The notes beneath the pieces were generated by a model. The model was not told the DNA's origin, did not search any database, and saw only the letters and a program-made list of their open reading frames with translations. A DNA stretch of 64,000 bases, taken from the NCBI RefSeq assembly GCF_009914755.1, contig NC_060932.1; one strand, 5' to 3'. Shown one piece after another: positions 15,340-28,853 of the stretch. Each line of letters begins with the position of its first letter. Within the stretch, counting starts at the first letter, position 1. The DNA is from the human T2T-CHM13v2.0 reference genome, Homo sapiens. Position numbers and translations under genes: made by a program.

Positions 15340-15984
15340 CCCCAATTTAGAATGGGACCTGGGACAGGCCCCTCATGATGTTTCCCAAAATCAGGTTCCC
15401 TTCTTTATCAAACTTAGAGTGACACTGATTAGCCCAATGTTTTCATTTTATATTTTGGACATATTTCAGACTCAGCAGTTTTCTTTTTTCCCCTATCTGG
15501 CGGCCTGACTCTCTGATTATTTCTACATTCCTTTTTAGTATGAATAGCTTGTTTAAATTCTTTGAGTAATTTAAAAGGAAAAGGCAAATGTAGCTATAAT
15601 ATTTCCCTGTTGATCTGGGGGGGGGTGTATTCTGACAGGGAACTGCCAAGCCTCTAAATCACCCTCTCGTCTAACTTGCTGAATTCCTGCCTGAATAGAA
15701 CTAAGAGCAGTCGCTCGAGACACTGCTCAAACAGTCACTGGGGCAACAGCTTTTCACCCAGTGTCCTCTGGAAAAGAAAGATCTGGAGGGTCTTTTTCTT
15801 TAAAATAATAATGAGGGGGTGCAGAAGGGTAGGGATGAACCTCTCCCTCCTTTGCCGCTTTAGCTTTAGCTGGCAAATAAACATACTCTGTAACCTCTTC
15901 TGTTACTTCGTTATACTGTCCCTCCTCATCATCAGTGTGAAAAAGTCCCAAGGTGGAACAAACTAGACCCCACACTTATCCCAT
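15340..15984 (-). pseudogene. gag: HML-3 gag remnant (matrix-proximal part plus degenerate zinc knuckle; capsid missing)
   Basis: ATG at 15984 (MG*VWGLV...), PYPSAPPHYY late-domain-like segment, degenerate and frameshifted CPK...HWANQCHSKFD near 15410-15465; only about 650 bp long. Confidence 0.8.
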
Positions 15985-16110
15985 TGTTACCCTGATGTTT
16001 CTGAGCTCCCCGTGTTACCATGGGGATTGCTTTAAGAGTGCTCGGGTGTCCTCCAGCTAGTTCCACGTTCTCCAACCTTCGCTCCAGTGACCCTTTGACC
16101 TGGATTTGAG

Positions 16111-16128
16111 CCCCCACAATGGACACCA
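16111..16128 (-). promoter_or_regulatory. Primer-binding site of HML-3 provirus (degenerate tRNA-Lys type)
   Basis: TGGTGTCCATTGTGGGGG two nt after the 5' LTR on minus; resembles TGGCGCCCAACGTGGGGC. Confidence 0.7.
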
Positions 16129-16130
16129 CT

Positions 16131-16643
16131 TGACGAGACCAGATCAGTCAGGGAGACCCTAACCCAGTGGCGCTAGATTAATTAAAGACACACACAGAGA
16201 AATATAGAGGTGTGAAGTGGTATATCAGGGGTCTCACAGCCTTCAGAGTTCAGAGCCTCTAACAGAGATTTACCCACGTATTTATTAACAGCAAACCAGT
16301 CATTAGCATTGTTTCTATAGATATTAAATTAACTAAAAGTATCCCTTATGGGAAATGAAGGGATGGGCCGAATTAAAGGAATAGGGTGGGCTAGTTAACT
16401 GCAGCAGGAGCATGTCCTTAAGGCACAGATCGCTCATGCTATTGTTTGTGGCTTAAGAATGCCTTCAAACGGTTCTCCACCCTGGGCAGGCCAGGTGTTC
16501 CTTGCCCTCATTCCCGTAAACCCACAACTTTCCAGTGTGGGCGTTATGGCCATCATGAACATGTCATAGTGCTGCAGAGATTTTGTTTATGGCCAGTTTG
16601 GGGGCCAGTTTATGGCCAGATTTTGGGGGGCTTGTTCCCAACA
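16131..16643 (-). mobile_element. MER9 5' LTR
   Basis: TGTTGGGAACAAGCCCCCCAAAATCTGGCCATAAACTGGCCCC on minus; homologous to 11656-12216. Confidence 0.93.
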
Positions 16644-19600
16644 TTAGTATACATTGTAGACAAAAAGTTTAAAACAACTAATGAGACTACAGTCTAATAG
16701 TAGATGTACCATAACATTTGAAACATAATTTTTTTCTCTCCTGTTCTCATTTTTGTTAAAAACAAATCATGATAGGACTGATTTGTTTCCAAATTAACTG
16801 AGGTCTTATTATACTTGGCCTGATTATTAGCATAAAGCAAAGAAGAATAATTGTTTTCACATTGGCTTTTTAAATTGACTTTGATGGAACTCTTTTCCAT
16901 AAGGAATCTCAGATAAGACTTTTTAAAACTGAGCCCAGCCATAGGTTTGTATTCTCAACTACCTATGAGTTGGGTAAAGTCCTCTCCTTTTGAGGTTCCA
17001 AAATAACTTGGGGCCCTCGCACCTGTTAGAAAGTGACATTCTTTACTCAACACAGGTTAGGAACCCTGTACAAGGACTGTGTAGACAAGGTGTGAGGCCA
17101 GTTTTCCTAAGGGCTTTTATTGGCTTTATAAGTCAAGGTTGATTCCTTAAAAGGAAGCACATCCTTATAGTCAAAGCCTTAGTAAAATAACCAGTTTCTG
17201 CAGTTGCGTCCTGTTGCAAAAGAAAATGAATTCTTATTGCACTTATGCAAATAACTATATTGCCGTAAGTTAAGAATACTCACAAATAGTTTCCAAATTC
17301 TGGAGGAAGCAGGCAGAGAGAAACAAATATGCTACACATTTTGTTCACAGGAGTATATTTTACTCAATTGTCAAAAGCTGTAAATAGCTCAAAAATAAAA
17401 GTTTTCCTGACTCTGAAAAATAAAGGATCAGCAATGTTTTAGGAAAAAAGTTAAGAAAGATTACTTCATCTTCTATTAGCTCAATCTATTCAGTCAATAC
17501 TTGTTCTGCTTGATATTCATGAATATTTCAGCTCTTCATGAGTCCTGAACATTTTTCCCCTACTCTAACGTCACAGTCTCTAAAGTTACCAGAAACCCGC
17601 ATTAGAAAGCACCTGTCAAAGTCTTGTGGCTGATTATAAACCATGTTTTGAAGAGGATCAACACAAGACAACAATTGTCTGTGAAAGATAAAATGTCTTA
17701 GGGTAGTCACAGTCAGAAACATAATTGACAAAGAAATCTGGTTATTTTTTGTGGTGTGCAATAACTTAACCTAATAACTCTAACTATGATTGATAGCATA
17801 TACTCAGATATTGGAATCTTAGAAATCCCAAACAATTTTGGAACATATATTATTATTCACTAAAATATAACCTGAGAGGATTAAACATTATTTTTATTTT
17901 GACAGTGTCATGTAACTAAACATGTCAAATAATCCTGTTTACTTCTCTTTTGGATGCTCCAATGGCCTTCTGTAGTATCCCAAATTTTGGGGTCAGAAAA
18001 TACTATTTCGAAGCTGAAATTTGATTGTTGGAAACCTATCAAACATGTTAAAGGTTTAAAACGCATGATGTTATTAAATAGAATTCCACATTACCATAAA
18101 TCATTTATTTAGCCAAAATGATGACTCAAAAACTTTTAAAAAGTCAAAACCTTTACTTATGAAGAGGGAAGACTTAGCTTTCCAAAGAATCTGTCCCTTC
18201 TCTTTCCCTTCCTTTTTGTTAGATTATTCTCAAGGCAAACAAAAACTTTTCATTATCCTATAATATTACATAAAAATATTTTTCAAGATAGTGAATGCCA
18301 CATTTCACCCTTGCATTAGTCTACTGTTAATGTCAACCCAGATTTTTAAATGAAACCTTATAGACAAATCTAATTTTAATCACTTTGACCATAAGGTGAG
18401 ATTCTTGTAAACTTTTTATAACTCTTTACAAATTTTTGTTAAAGAGCAAATCAGTGCCTTAAGAAAACATTTTTGTGCTTTTATTCTAATGCACAATTTA
18501 TGGAAAGAACAAGTAATCCCCTTTGTTTTTAGTCAATATGTTCACACACAGAATTTCTTTTACAAGATTAATTTTTACAAACCTTCCACAACTTGTTTAA
18601 ACTTTTAGCTTTATGTTATCTAATTTAAAACAATCCTTTAACCCTCTAAATAAGGCAAAAATTTACATTGTCATGTATTCTCATAATCTTTTACGAAAAA
18701 CACATTTTATTTTCCTTACAAACATCACATGTAAATCTATTTTCAGTAGTCTCAATTACATGATATAATGGTAACTCTTAGCAATTTTTAATTTTGGTGT
18801 GAACCCTGTTAAGTTTTTTAAATGTGTACTAGGTACACATCACGTCTGATACTTTCCAGCCTAGAGACATGGTTAACTCCACATGTCCAAAGGCTTAATG
18901 AAACTGTAAAGCAGGCAATTTGAACAATTTTTGAAAGTCAAAGAATCAGTTTATGACCTTAAAGCATTTAGCAAACCCAGTGTCTGACCTGCATAATTTA
19001 GACCACATGTCTACATTTTGAAGATATTTTTATTTTACCAATAATCTTTACAGCTGTTTTTATTTCTCAAAGATTAAAGTCACATAACTAAAAGGCAATA
19101 AATCTTTAATTATTCTTTTAAAAATATTTTATCTCATCACTTATTTTTTAAGCCAATTAATTAGAACTCTTTTATATAAACATTGCACACATAACACATA
19201 TAAAACAACACAGACATACAGAAGAAGATCCAGTAGTTGTAAGAGCTTTCATTTGCCTTCAATTTTGAGTGGGATTTATCCAATTTCAATTCCTTCATGG
19301 GGCTCCATGAAGAAAACAGAGTTATTTTTCTTCCAAAACGGGGTCTCTGGAACCTCCCCCATTTTCCTAAGGAGTCCCAGGCTATCAGAAATTATCTTAG
19401 GGCCTCTCATGTGTACATTAAGAGTGGCAAGACAAAATGGAGAAAAATAATTTAGTTGACTCAGAAGAAAAAATAATAATATTTTTCCAGAAAAATAAGA
19501 TCCAAAAAGAGAAAAGAAAGGAAGACCTTTTAAATACAGCTATAGTTTGAATATCAACTTTTTATTAATCTGACTTTTAATCAGAGCACTCTTTTTTTAA

Positions 19601-20242
19601 AAAAAAAAATCCTTTTAAATATGTTACCCGACCTTAGACACATCAAATGGCAGCCAGTGCTTCTGGCTTTTGAACTTTACCAAAAGTAACCTCACAGATA
19701 AAACTGATAAGCATTAAACAAAGGTTATGACTTAACTACAAGTGTATGTGGTATTTTCAAGGAGGAAGTAAGCAGCTTCTACAAGATTTAGAATCTACAA
19801 AAATAGCTCAGAGAAAGGAAAATTCAAGAAGTGAGATTGGGAGTTGATCATGGAGGGGAAGAGACTACAGTGATTTTTATCATTCCTACAACCAGTTTGC
19901 ACAGAAAAAAGAGAAGCCAGAAGTCCAACTAGTAAGAATTTTTACCCTTTTGTGGATATGTCAGGCTTCTGGGTTCCCTCCCCCTGGGCCCTATTGACCC
20001 TGGAGTCCTATGAAGGCAAAGCAGTCAAAGAGGTTATCTGCATACTGTAAAAGTTGTCCCTCCTCAAGAGATTGTTCAGTTAGATTTGTAAATTATTTCT
20101 AGTTCATTTTTAAGCCAAGCAGTTTTATGTTTGGGGAAATCAAACTTCTCTCAGTTTGGGGGATGCATCTGAGGAGTGTCCTGTGGTACAGAGATGCAGT
20201 TACCATCTGTGAAGAGAGAACAGAGGAGGAAAAAGAAAAGGG

Positions 20243-20244
<2 letters not shown>

Positions 20245-20273
<29 letters not shown>

Positions 20274-20285
20274 TTTTTTTTTTAT
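20245..20285. repeat. (TTA)n plus poly-T microsatellite within ERV internal region
   Basis: TTATTATTATTATTATTATTATTATTATTTTTTTTTTTT. Confidence 0.9.
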
Positions 20286-21183
20286 TTCCAGGAGTCTGTG
20301 GGTCAAATGATTCCCGGTGAATCACGGTGCACTTGAGAGGAGTGCAGGCTGAAGACAGTTGATTACGCATCTAGAAAGATGGGAAAAAAGAGTCTTTTTG
20401 TTCCTTTCTCTTTTCAGAGAAAACCTGGGGTACATGAGGGAGAGAAAAATGGCATTTCTTTTTTTGCTCTGTTCTTTCCTTCCCTGAGTCCTGGCAGCCA
20501 CTATTGGGTGCCAACTATGTGTGCCAGTGTGACATTCACCCATGAAACAGCGAGGCCTACGTAGAGAAGTATTCACACTCATCTACTTGGTTCCTAAGCC
20601 TCCCGCTGTCAGTAACCTTTCACTTCCCTAGACCTCATCTATTCTATGGATGCTAGCATGACCTCTAACCATGAAGTGGAGGGCCTATTCGGCAGGAATA
20701 AGTTATGCTCCCCTGCACTGTGCCCCTAGACTTCCACTGTCATCTGCCTCTGGGTCCCTCAGATCTAGTCTTTGTGTTTAGGTCTTCAAACTGAAGCTTG
20801 AAATTGAATTTGGAACAAATGGTGCCTCAGGAGGGTGTATGGACCTGTTAAATTAGTCCCAAGAGGCCCTTGCCAAGTTGCAGCCAGCAACCACTGAGAT
20901 AACTCCTCTGTTGCTTCCCTATCATAAGCAGAATGCTAAGGTGAAGCTGTGAAACCAGGTACTCAACAAACAAGGGAGAGAAAGGGAGTCCCAGGAATTG
21001 GGGACCTGGCCTAGTAAAATCCCTCTCAAGAGGAAAAATAACTAACCTCTCACATAGAAAAACTCACTTTATTCACAGGACTATGTTAACTCATGACATG
21101 GTGGAGAAAAAGAAACAACTTATCTCCAGGGGAGGGGAAGGTGCCTGAGGGGAAAAAGCCTCTTACTTTATGCAAATAGATTC

Positions 21184-22316
<1,133 letters not shown>

Positions 22317-22951
22317 TGCAAATAGATTCTTTCAAGAGGAAAAAGAAAGCTCTTGATTGTTATATTCTTCTGTCTTCTAAAAATAGACGGAAACCACATT
22401 GTTGGGGATTTCATCCCTGATGACTGAGCCAAGTACTCATTTTCACCAGTAATATTATCTCTGTGGTTTGCAACACCACCCTTAACATTGTATGTAAAGA
22501 AGAGATGGAAAGCATGACAGCCACACAAAAACAAGTTGGAAAGTGTGATAGAAAACACTGGGGGTCTTGATGCTGACACCCTAATGGGTGATTGGGGACT
22601 GGAGTCAGTTGATGTGCCTATGGATAACATGGAGATGTAGCCTCGGCAAGATACCAGATACCCTCAGTTGCCCCAGGACCTCCTTCCATTCCAACATAAC
22701 AGCTAGACCTCCTTCAAAAGGAGACTGGATTAAAACGAAGCCATTATCCCCAATACCCAGGGTTGATGGGGGTGTGGAGGGTTAACAAAATTATCCCCAG
22801 CAAGCCTGTCCTCTGCAGCTGCATCATTCAGCCTTAATTGGCTGACAGAGATCTGGTGCTTTATCTGCCTTCAGAAAAAAGTCTGAGGACAAGACGCCTT
22901 AGAAATGAAAGTGAAAGTGTTTTAGGTTCACACTTACTCACCCTTCCACAG

Positions 22952-22969
22952 ATCCTGGACAAGCCCCCA
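22952..22969 (-). promoter_or_regulatory. tRNA-Pro primer-binding site of the ERV1 provirus
   Basis: TGGGGGCTTGTCCAGGAT vs canonical TGGGGGCTCGTCCGGGAT; both mismatches are CpG transitions; 4 nt from the LTR end. Confidence 0.88.
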
Positions 22970-22973
22970 AAAG

Positions 22974-23988
22974 TAATGCAGGATTTTGGGGGTGTTGCTT
23001 CACCAGCTGCAGACCTCTGAAACCAGCAATGCCTCTGCCCAGGGCCTTGCTTGGCTCTGGTCTCACTGCTCAAGTTACCCTGCCCACTTGTCCAGCAGGT
23101 TGCCATTGTCTTGTGCCCTGGCCCAGATCCCACACTCATTGTGGAATCCATATTCAGTCTGTGGCTGGGCTGGGGATGCCATGACCTGCTTCTGCCTTGG
23201 GAACCAGCATCTGGACAAACGGAATAAGGAAGTGCCCAAAAAACTCAAGACACGTCAGAAACCGTGGAACTCCAAAAAGGGTGTTACAGTGTGTCACAGC
23301 TCTGTCTCAGGGAGCCCCGAGGTCTGGGGCCCCAGAAGAGTCATAGGTCTTCTTTCCTTCCTACCACTCACAGCTCAGTGAATAGGGGGAAAGGGGCATA
23401 TTTCAGTCCATTTGCATTACAGCTTGTTCAATCTCACTGTCCCACTGTGGCTCATGGCTCCTGGGCTGGCCTGGCCCTGCCATTGCTTCCTGTTACATGA
23501 AGCAGCAGTCCGGTGCTGGCACAGGGCTACAGTGTTACAGGCTTTTTCATATCCACCTTTGGTGGGTCCTGAGTTCTTGTCCCATGTCCAAGAAGAATGA
23601 GGTTACACTGACAACCAGAGGGTGAGCAGGATGGAGAGTTTTCTTGAGCAATGGAATAGTTCTCAGCAGAGAGAGGACCTGTACTGGGCAACCCACTATC
23701 TGAAGTTGGGTAGCTCTCAAGTGTAGCTGAGTTTGGGGTTTTTCATAGGCACAGAATTGGGGAGGTGTGGGCCATAGGTAGCATTGAAAAAGGCAACATT
23801 TGATGGATTGAAAAGCATTATTCAGCAGAAACCAATCAGGAAATACTAGGCAAACAGGATTAGAAGTTCTCACTCTGGGTCGCAGGCTTCTTCTGGAACC
23901 AACATCCAGTCTTCAGGCTTCAGGGTAGGGTTTCACCAGGGACCTGCCCCTATCTGCCTTGGGATTTGTTTGCCTCCTGCCACTATCA
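22974..23988 (-). mobile_element. 5' LTR of the MER52-type provirus
   Basis: Minus strand starts TGATAGTGGCAGGAGGCAAACAAATCCCAAGGCAGATAGGGGCAGGTCCCTGGTGAAACCC; followed by PBS. Confidence 0.87.
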
Positions 23989-23992
23989 ATGA

Positions 23993-24658
23993 TTGAAGCA
24001 GAGATCATAGAGAGAAAAATATTTGAAGATACTATACTGTTGTCTTTGAAGATGGAGGAAGGGAACACAGACCATGAAGTTTGAGCAGCCTCCAGAAGCT
24101 GGAAAGACAAGGAAACACATTCTCCTCTCAAGCTTCCAGAAGAGCATTGCATTAGTTTCTTCTCATACTGCTATGAAGAACCACCTGAGGCTGGGTAATT
24201 TCTGAAGAAAACATATTTAATTGACTCACAGTTTCACAGGCTGTACAGAAAGTATGACTGGGAGGACTCTGAAAATTTACAATTATGTCAGAAGGTGAAG
24301 AGGGGCAAGCACACCTTAGCATGAAGAGCAGAAGAGAGAGAGAGAGTACAAAGTGGGAAGCACCACACACTTTCAAACAACAAGATCTTGTGAAAATTCT
24401 GATGAAAATAGAAAAAGCAAAGTCCACTCCCATGATTCAATCACCTCCTACTAGGCCCCTCATTCAACAATGAAGATCACCAACATAAGATGTGGGTAGG
24501 GACACAGATCCAAACCATATTATGAGTATAGCCCTGCTAACCCATTTCATACATTTGACCTCCAGAGCTGCAAGATAATGTGTTTGTTGTCTTGTTGTTG
24601 TTGTTTGAAGCATTAAGTTTAGAGTGTATATTCTAAAGCAGCAATATGAAATTAATAA
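23993..24658 (+). mobile_element. MLT1 (MLT1C/D-like) LTR, 3' part, split by an MST LTR
   Basis: TTTGAAGATGGAGGAAGGG...CCAGAAGCTGGAAAGACAAGGAAACACATTCTCC resumes after 24524 with GACCTCCAGAGCTGCAAGATAA...GCAGCAATATGAAATTAATA. Confidence 0.78.
24148..24522 (-). mobile_element. MaLR MST/THE1-type solo LTR
   Basis: TGCATTAGTTTC...GCTATGAAGAACCACCTGAGGCTGGGTAATTT...GGGACACAGATCCAAACCATAT. Confidence 0.85.
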
Positions 24659-25774
24659 ACATTTAAAATACATTCCAGCTCCCATGTCAGAAAGTCCTTT
24701 CTGCAATTCTACAGAAGTATTCTCCCACCCCTGTCTTCACTTTATATGCTGCCTTCATGATCGTTGGTACAATCTATAACTGTTTTGACCGTGAGTCTCT
24801 TTATTAGTATTAACGTTGTTTCTCCAAGTAGAATGTAAGTTTCAAAAGACCAGGGACCATATTGTCTTGTTCACATTTGTATTTTCAGTGCCTGGAGAGT
24901 TCAATAAATAAGAAATTTGAAGATCAAAAAAAAAACCACAAATAATTAATAAGTACCTGGTGAAAAACAAAAGGCTAGGACCTTTGCATTTCCTAATTCC
25001 AAGTTTAATTTTTTTTGCATTTTTTCCTTTATGCTCCAAATCTCTGTGGTCCTTCCAGTAAAACTCCTCATACACCTTGATTATAACTATACTTTCATGA
25101 CTCACTGTGTTCTTTTATGCTGACTGAGCTGCCTGTGCCACCATCATTGCTTGTGCAATTTATGCATAATGGAATGAACATGGGCTTTGTAGCCTGGAAC
25201 CTAATTCCCAATTCCAGTTCCAGAATCCCTTTAGGAGGTGACCACTATGGACTTTTCTTCACATATTAAAAACAAAACAAAAACAACCATTAACAAGAGT
25301 TGCCTTTTTAAGTTCTTGTGAAGATTAAGATATTATTTTACCAAAAAAACTTAGTGTCTGACGAAGCCAATGTTTTATAAATTATAATCTTCTAAAAAAC
25401 CTAGATGAAATATTACTTTTTCGTTGTATCTAGGTGACTTTTCAGTCAACTTTTTCTGCTTTTTTTATACAACATATTCATTATATGGAATTAATTGCAA
25501 TCTGGAGAAAATATGACTTGAAGTCAGTAGGTATATGCTCAAATTCACTTGCTAGTTTTGATTTATTTGGCTATAATTCAAGCAGTTAAACTTCTATATC
25601 TTTGTCTATAAAACTAAGATGATAAGAGCTAAATCAGAAAGTGTTATAGAAATAAACAAGTTATTCAATCAAAGTAATTAGCACTTTCATATTTCACAAA
25701 TATGAAATAGCCTTTGAGCTATTTCATGTTTGTTCACTGTGCTAACTGGTAGATCTCCTTCCCCACTACCTCAA

Positions 25775-26095
25775 TTTTATAAGTGACATATAAAAATGTA
25801 TATATTTAAGGTATAAAACATGTTGTTTTGATACACATATATATTGTGAAATGATTGCTATTAACTACCTAGATAACATATCCATTACCTTACATAGTTA
25901 CCTTTGTGTTTGTGTGTATGTATGTGTGTGTGTGCATGTGTATGTGTGTAGTTAAACCATTTAATACTGACTTAGCAAATTTCAAGTATATAATGCAATA
26001 TTATTAACTATGATTATCATGCTGTATATATAGCACATTTTCTTTATCCACACATTTGCTGATGAACGCTTGCATTGATTCTATATCTTGGATTC
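25775..26095 (-). mobile_element. Old L1 (L1MA/MB-like) 3' fragment with (TG)n tract
   Basis: TATATATTTAAGGTATAAAACATG...TTGTGAAATGATT...TAGCAAATTTCAAGTATATAAT antisense L1 3' UTR motifs. Confidence 0.65.
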
Positions 26096-26369
26096 CGCAA
26101 ATAATCAATCTCATTGCAAGAAATCAATCAGTTGACAGATATATAAAGTCAAAAGTTAAAGTTACAACTCTTCTAATTTCCTGCATTTTTTAGGGGGTAG
26201 CCATGGTGAAAAATACAGAATGAGGTTTGAATATTTACTACCCATCTTGTTCATTCTATCATATCCCATTTTAAATGTTTTTCTTTTGAAAATGTAATTA
26301 AAAACAAAATATTCTTCCAATCCATAAAATCTTTTCAGGAAGAGAGAAGAAATGGGAAACAATTTTATT

Positions 26370-26945
26370 GTTGAATAAGCAATAAACCAGAATGTGATGC
26401 ACATCACAGGCAATCTGCTTAGAGACTGCGAAGACCAAAACTAAATCTTGTTCTTTTATACAGCCCAGCAAATAGAATCTATTACATACATGTTCTCAAG
26501 CAATAACTAGTAGTCAAGTAAGGAAACTTGAGGTGCCATTTGTCACACATGTTTATATTAGATTCTCTTGGTAATTGGGGTGGCCAATTTTTGTTAGCTA
26601 ATTGGCATTATCCAAAGGAAACATAAACTTCTCGCATCTTTGTGAGAGAAGGTAGTTCTGTGCCTTAAAGAGAGGCACCCTCTGGGATATAATGCTGCTA
26701 TGTTCCTTGAAAATTTCATTTTGAAGAGGTGGTTTTGTGGTCCTTAAGAAAGACATTCCTGGGGTTTGACACTGACAAGAGGTTTACTTACCATTTCATA
26801 ACAGTGATGTACATTTCAAAGTCACAGAAAAATAACATATATTTTCCAAAGTAAATATTCTGAGAAAAGAGAGGGAAGAGGAAGTATTTTTATTAACAAT
26901 AGGGAGAATGAAGTTTCTTATTTTTAACTTGTGTTTTCTGTTATA
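26370..26945 (-). mobile_element. Probable degraded ERV1 LTR
   Basis: AAACCAGAATGTGATGCACATCACAGGCAATC and other LTR-like motifs; family and ends uncertain. Confidence 0.4.
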
Positions 26946-27082
26946 GGCTCCTATCTTGATTCCTCTCTCTGTTGTCAGAGAGTAGGTCTTTACCTGTTTC
27001 CTTATCTATAAGGTGAATGTATTAATTTAAAAAGTGAATATGTATAAATCAATTAGAATAAATGCCTGATACATAATGCCTA

Positions 27083-27526
27083 TATGGCAAACAAACTGGA
27101 CAGCAATAACTTAACTTAAGCATACCTTGAGAATGACCTCAGGGTCTATGAAGACTGCGTGTTTTGAATTCTGAGCTAAGGAATTCCTAGCTAAGAGGCC
27201 AACCTGAAGATTCACTCCGTATCTACGAAGGATATCTGAGCTCTTGGCCTATCTCTTGGAACCCAATCCCTACAGGGAATCGAGGCCCTTTGTTCTGAGT
27301 TAAATGGAGGTTTCTAGTTGGAGGATGCCGAGTAAAAATGTGATGTAAACTGCATGCTTTTCACAAGTGAATGTGGTTCTCCTGTCCAGCACACCTCTGC
27401 TGGACTGCCCTTGAATGTAAGTCCTGTCAATAAATGCTATGTCTTGTTTGCTGTCTCTGGGTATCTTCTTTGGCCTCTTGGACATGATGTCATCCCTTTT
27501 GGAGTCAATAGTGTTCCAGCATGACA
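27083..27526 (+). mobile_element. ERV1 solo LTR (MER67-like)
   Basis: TTAAGCATACCTTGAGAATGACC...GAGCTAAGGAATTCC motifs; AATAAA at about 27430; ends ...CAGCATGACA. Confidence 0.65.
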
Positions 27527-27778
27527 ATGCCTTGTGTGAGTGTTAATGATCTATTCTAGCACTGCATTCAATTTGCCTCTTCAATAGCTTTATCTTCCAC
27601 CTTTATTTACTTATGTAGAGGTCATGATTTTAATTTGGGTGCACTCAACATGATTTTAAGGATTGTTTTTTCAGTCCACATTCAGTTGTCCAGATGCAGA
27701 TCCAGAGGAGGCACAATTGAATTTGGCGAGGGCCAAAAATTAGCTTACTTAAGTCAGATAAAGGGGAAGCAACAAAAG

Positions 27779-28853
27779 TGTTAAAGATGTATTTCAGGCC
27801 AGGCACGATGGCTCATGCCTGTAATCCCAGCACTTTGGGAGGCCGAGGCGGGTGGATCACGAGGTCAGGAGTTTGAGACCACCCTGGCTAATATGTTGAA
27901 ACCCTGTCTCTACTAAAAATACAAAAACTAGCTGGGCATGGTGATGTGCGCCTATAGTCCCAGCTGCTCTGGAGGCTGAGGTAGGATAATCACTTGAACC
28001 CGGGAGGCGGAGGTTGCATGCCACTGCACTTCAGCCTGGGAGACAGAGCGAGACTCTGTCTCAAAAAAAAAAAAAAAAAAAAAAAAAGATGTCTTCTTGG
28101 GAGAAAAGTTATGGCCAAGAGACCCATTATGAAAGTAAGCAAAGACTCATTAAGGTGATAAGAGTCCACTCCAAGAGAGGAGTGGGCTGGCCCCGCTGGG
28201 AACACAAGTAGCAGCAAGGGTTAAGTAGTAGCTGAGTTTATTCAAAGAGACACAGAGAGAGTACACTTAAAGATGAGGCAGAGCAGCCTGCTGGGAAAAG
28301 AGCCAGCCAGCAGCCGTGAGAGTTCTGCACTGAGGTTTTTGTTTTGTTGGAGTCTTGAAGTTCCTGCCTCTGTCTCAAGTCTCTGCCTTTGTTGGTGTCA
28401 GTTTACCACTTCTGTCCTAAGTTTCTGCCTAGTCCCTACCTAGTCCTGTCCCAGGTTCCTGGGATTCACTCTTACTGTCAGTTGATGGGACATGTAGGCC
28501 CCATGCTGGATGCGAATCCTACCTAATGGTGACTTTGCTCATTACCACCATCCCTGGATGGTCATATAGTGGTTAAATCTGTACTTTATGTACTGTATAT
28601 CTCTTAGGAATTTCCCCTTTGTCCTCTTTTATTCTTATGACCATGTAGCTAGCTGCATTCTGACAGGTTTTACAGGGTGAGCAATTACTGGGCATCTTAT
28701 CAGGCATTTGGGGGCATTCCTTTCTGCGTAGGTACTTCCCCTCCTCTCTGCTCCTATCTAGTATGCATGTTTTGGCTGGCCTGTGGGGTGTGAGACTTTC
28801 CAGACCTTCTTTTCTCAGGGGCTCCTGCTCATGTCTATCTTCCTACTCTAACA
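27779..28853 (-). mobile_element. ERV1 solo LTR (LTR9-like 5' end), Alu-interrupted
   Basis: Minus strand starts TGTTAGAGTAGGAAGATAGACATGAGCAGG; left boundary approximate. Confidence 0.55.
27797..28087 (+). mobile_element. AluS (Sg/Sc-like) SINE
   Basis: Dimer with long A tail; TSD AAAGATGT(A/C)TT; lacks about 14 nt (GTGAGCCGAGATCG) in the right arm. Confidence 0.93.

Larger units (their letters stand above)
11656..16643 (-). mobile_element. HERV-K(HML-3) provirus (MER9 LTRs + HERVK9-type internal region), internally deleted
   Basis: Two LTRs starting TGTTGGGAACAAGCCCCC on minus; betaretroviral gag, dUTPase-pro, pol and env remnants; 6-bp TSD TTAGTC (11650-11655) / TTAGTA (16644-16649). Confidence 0.95.

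Noticed and set aside
11656-16643. Intact or coding-competent HERV-K
   Set aside because: All genes carry stops, frameshifts and large deletions; LTRs are MER9 (HML-3), not LTR5 (HML-2)
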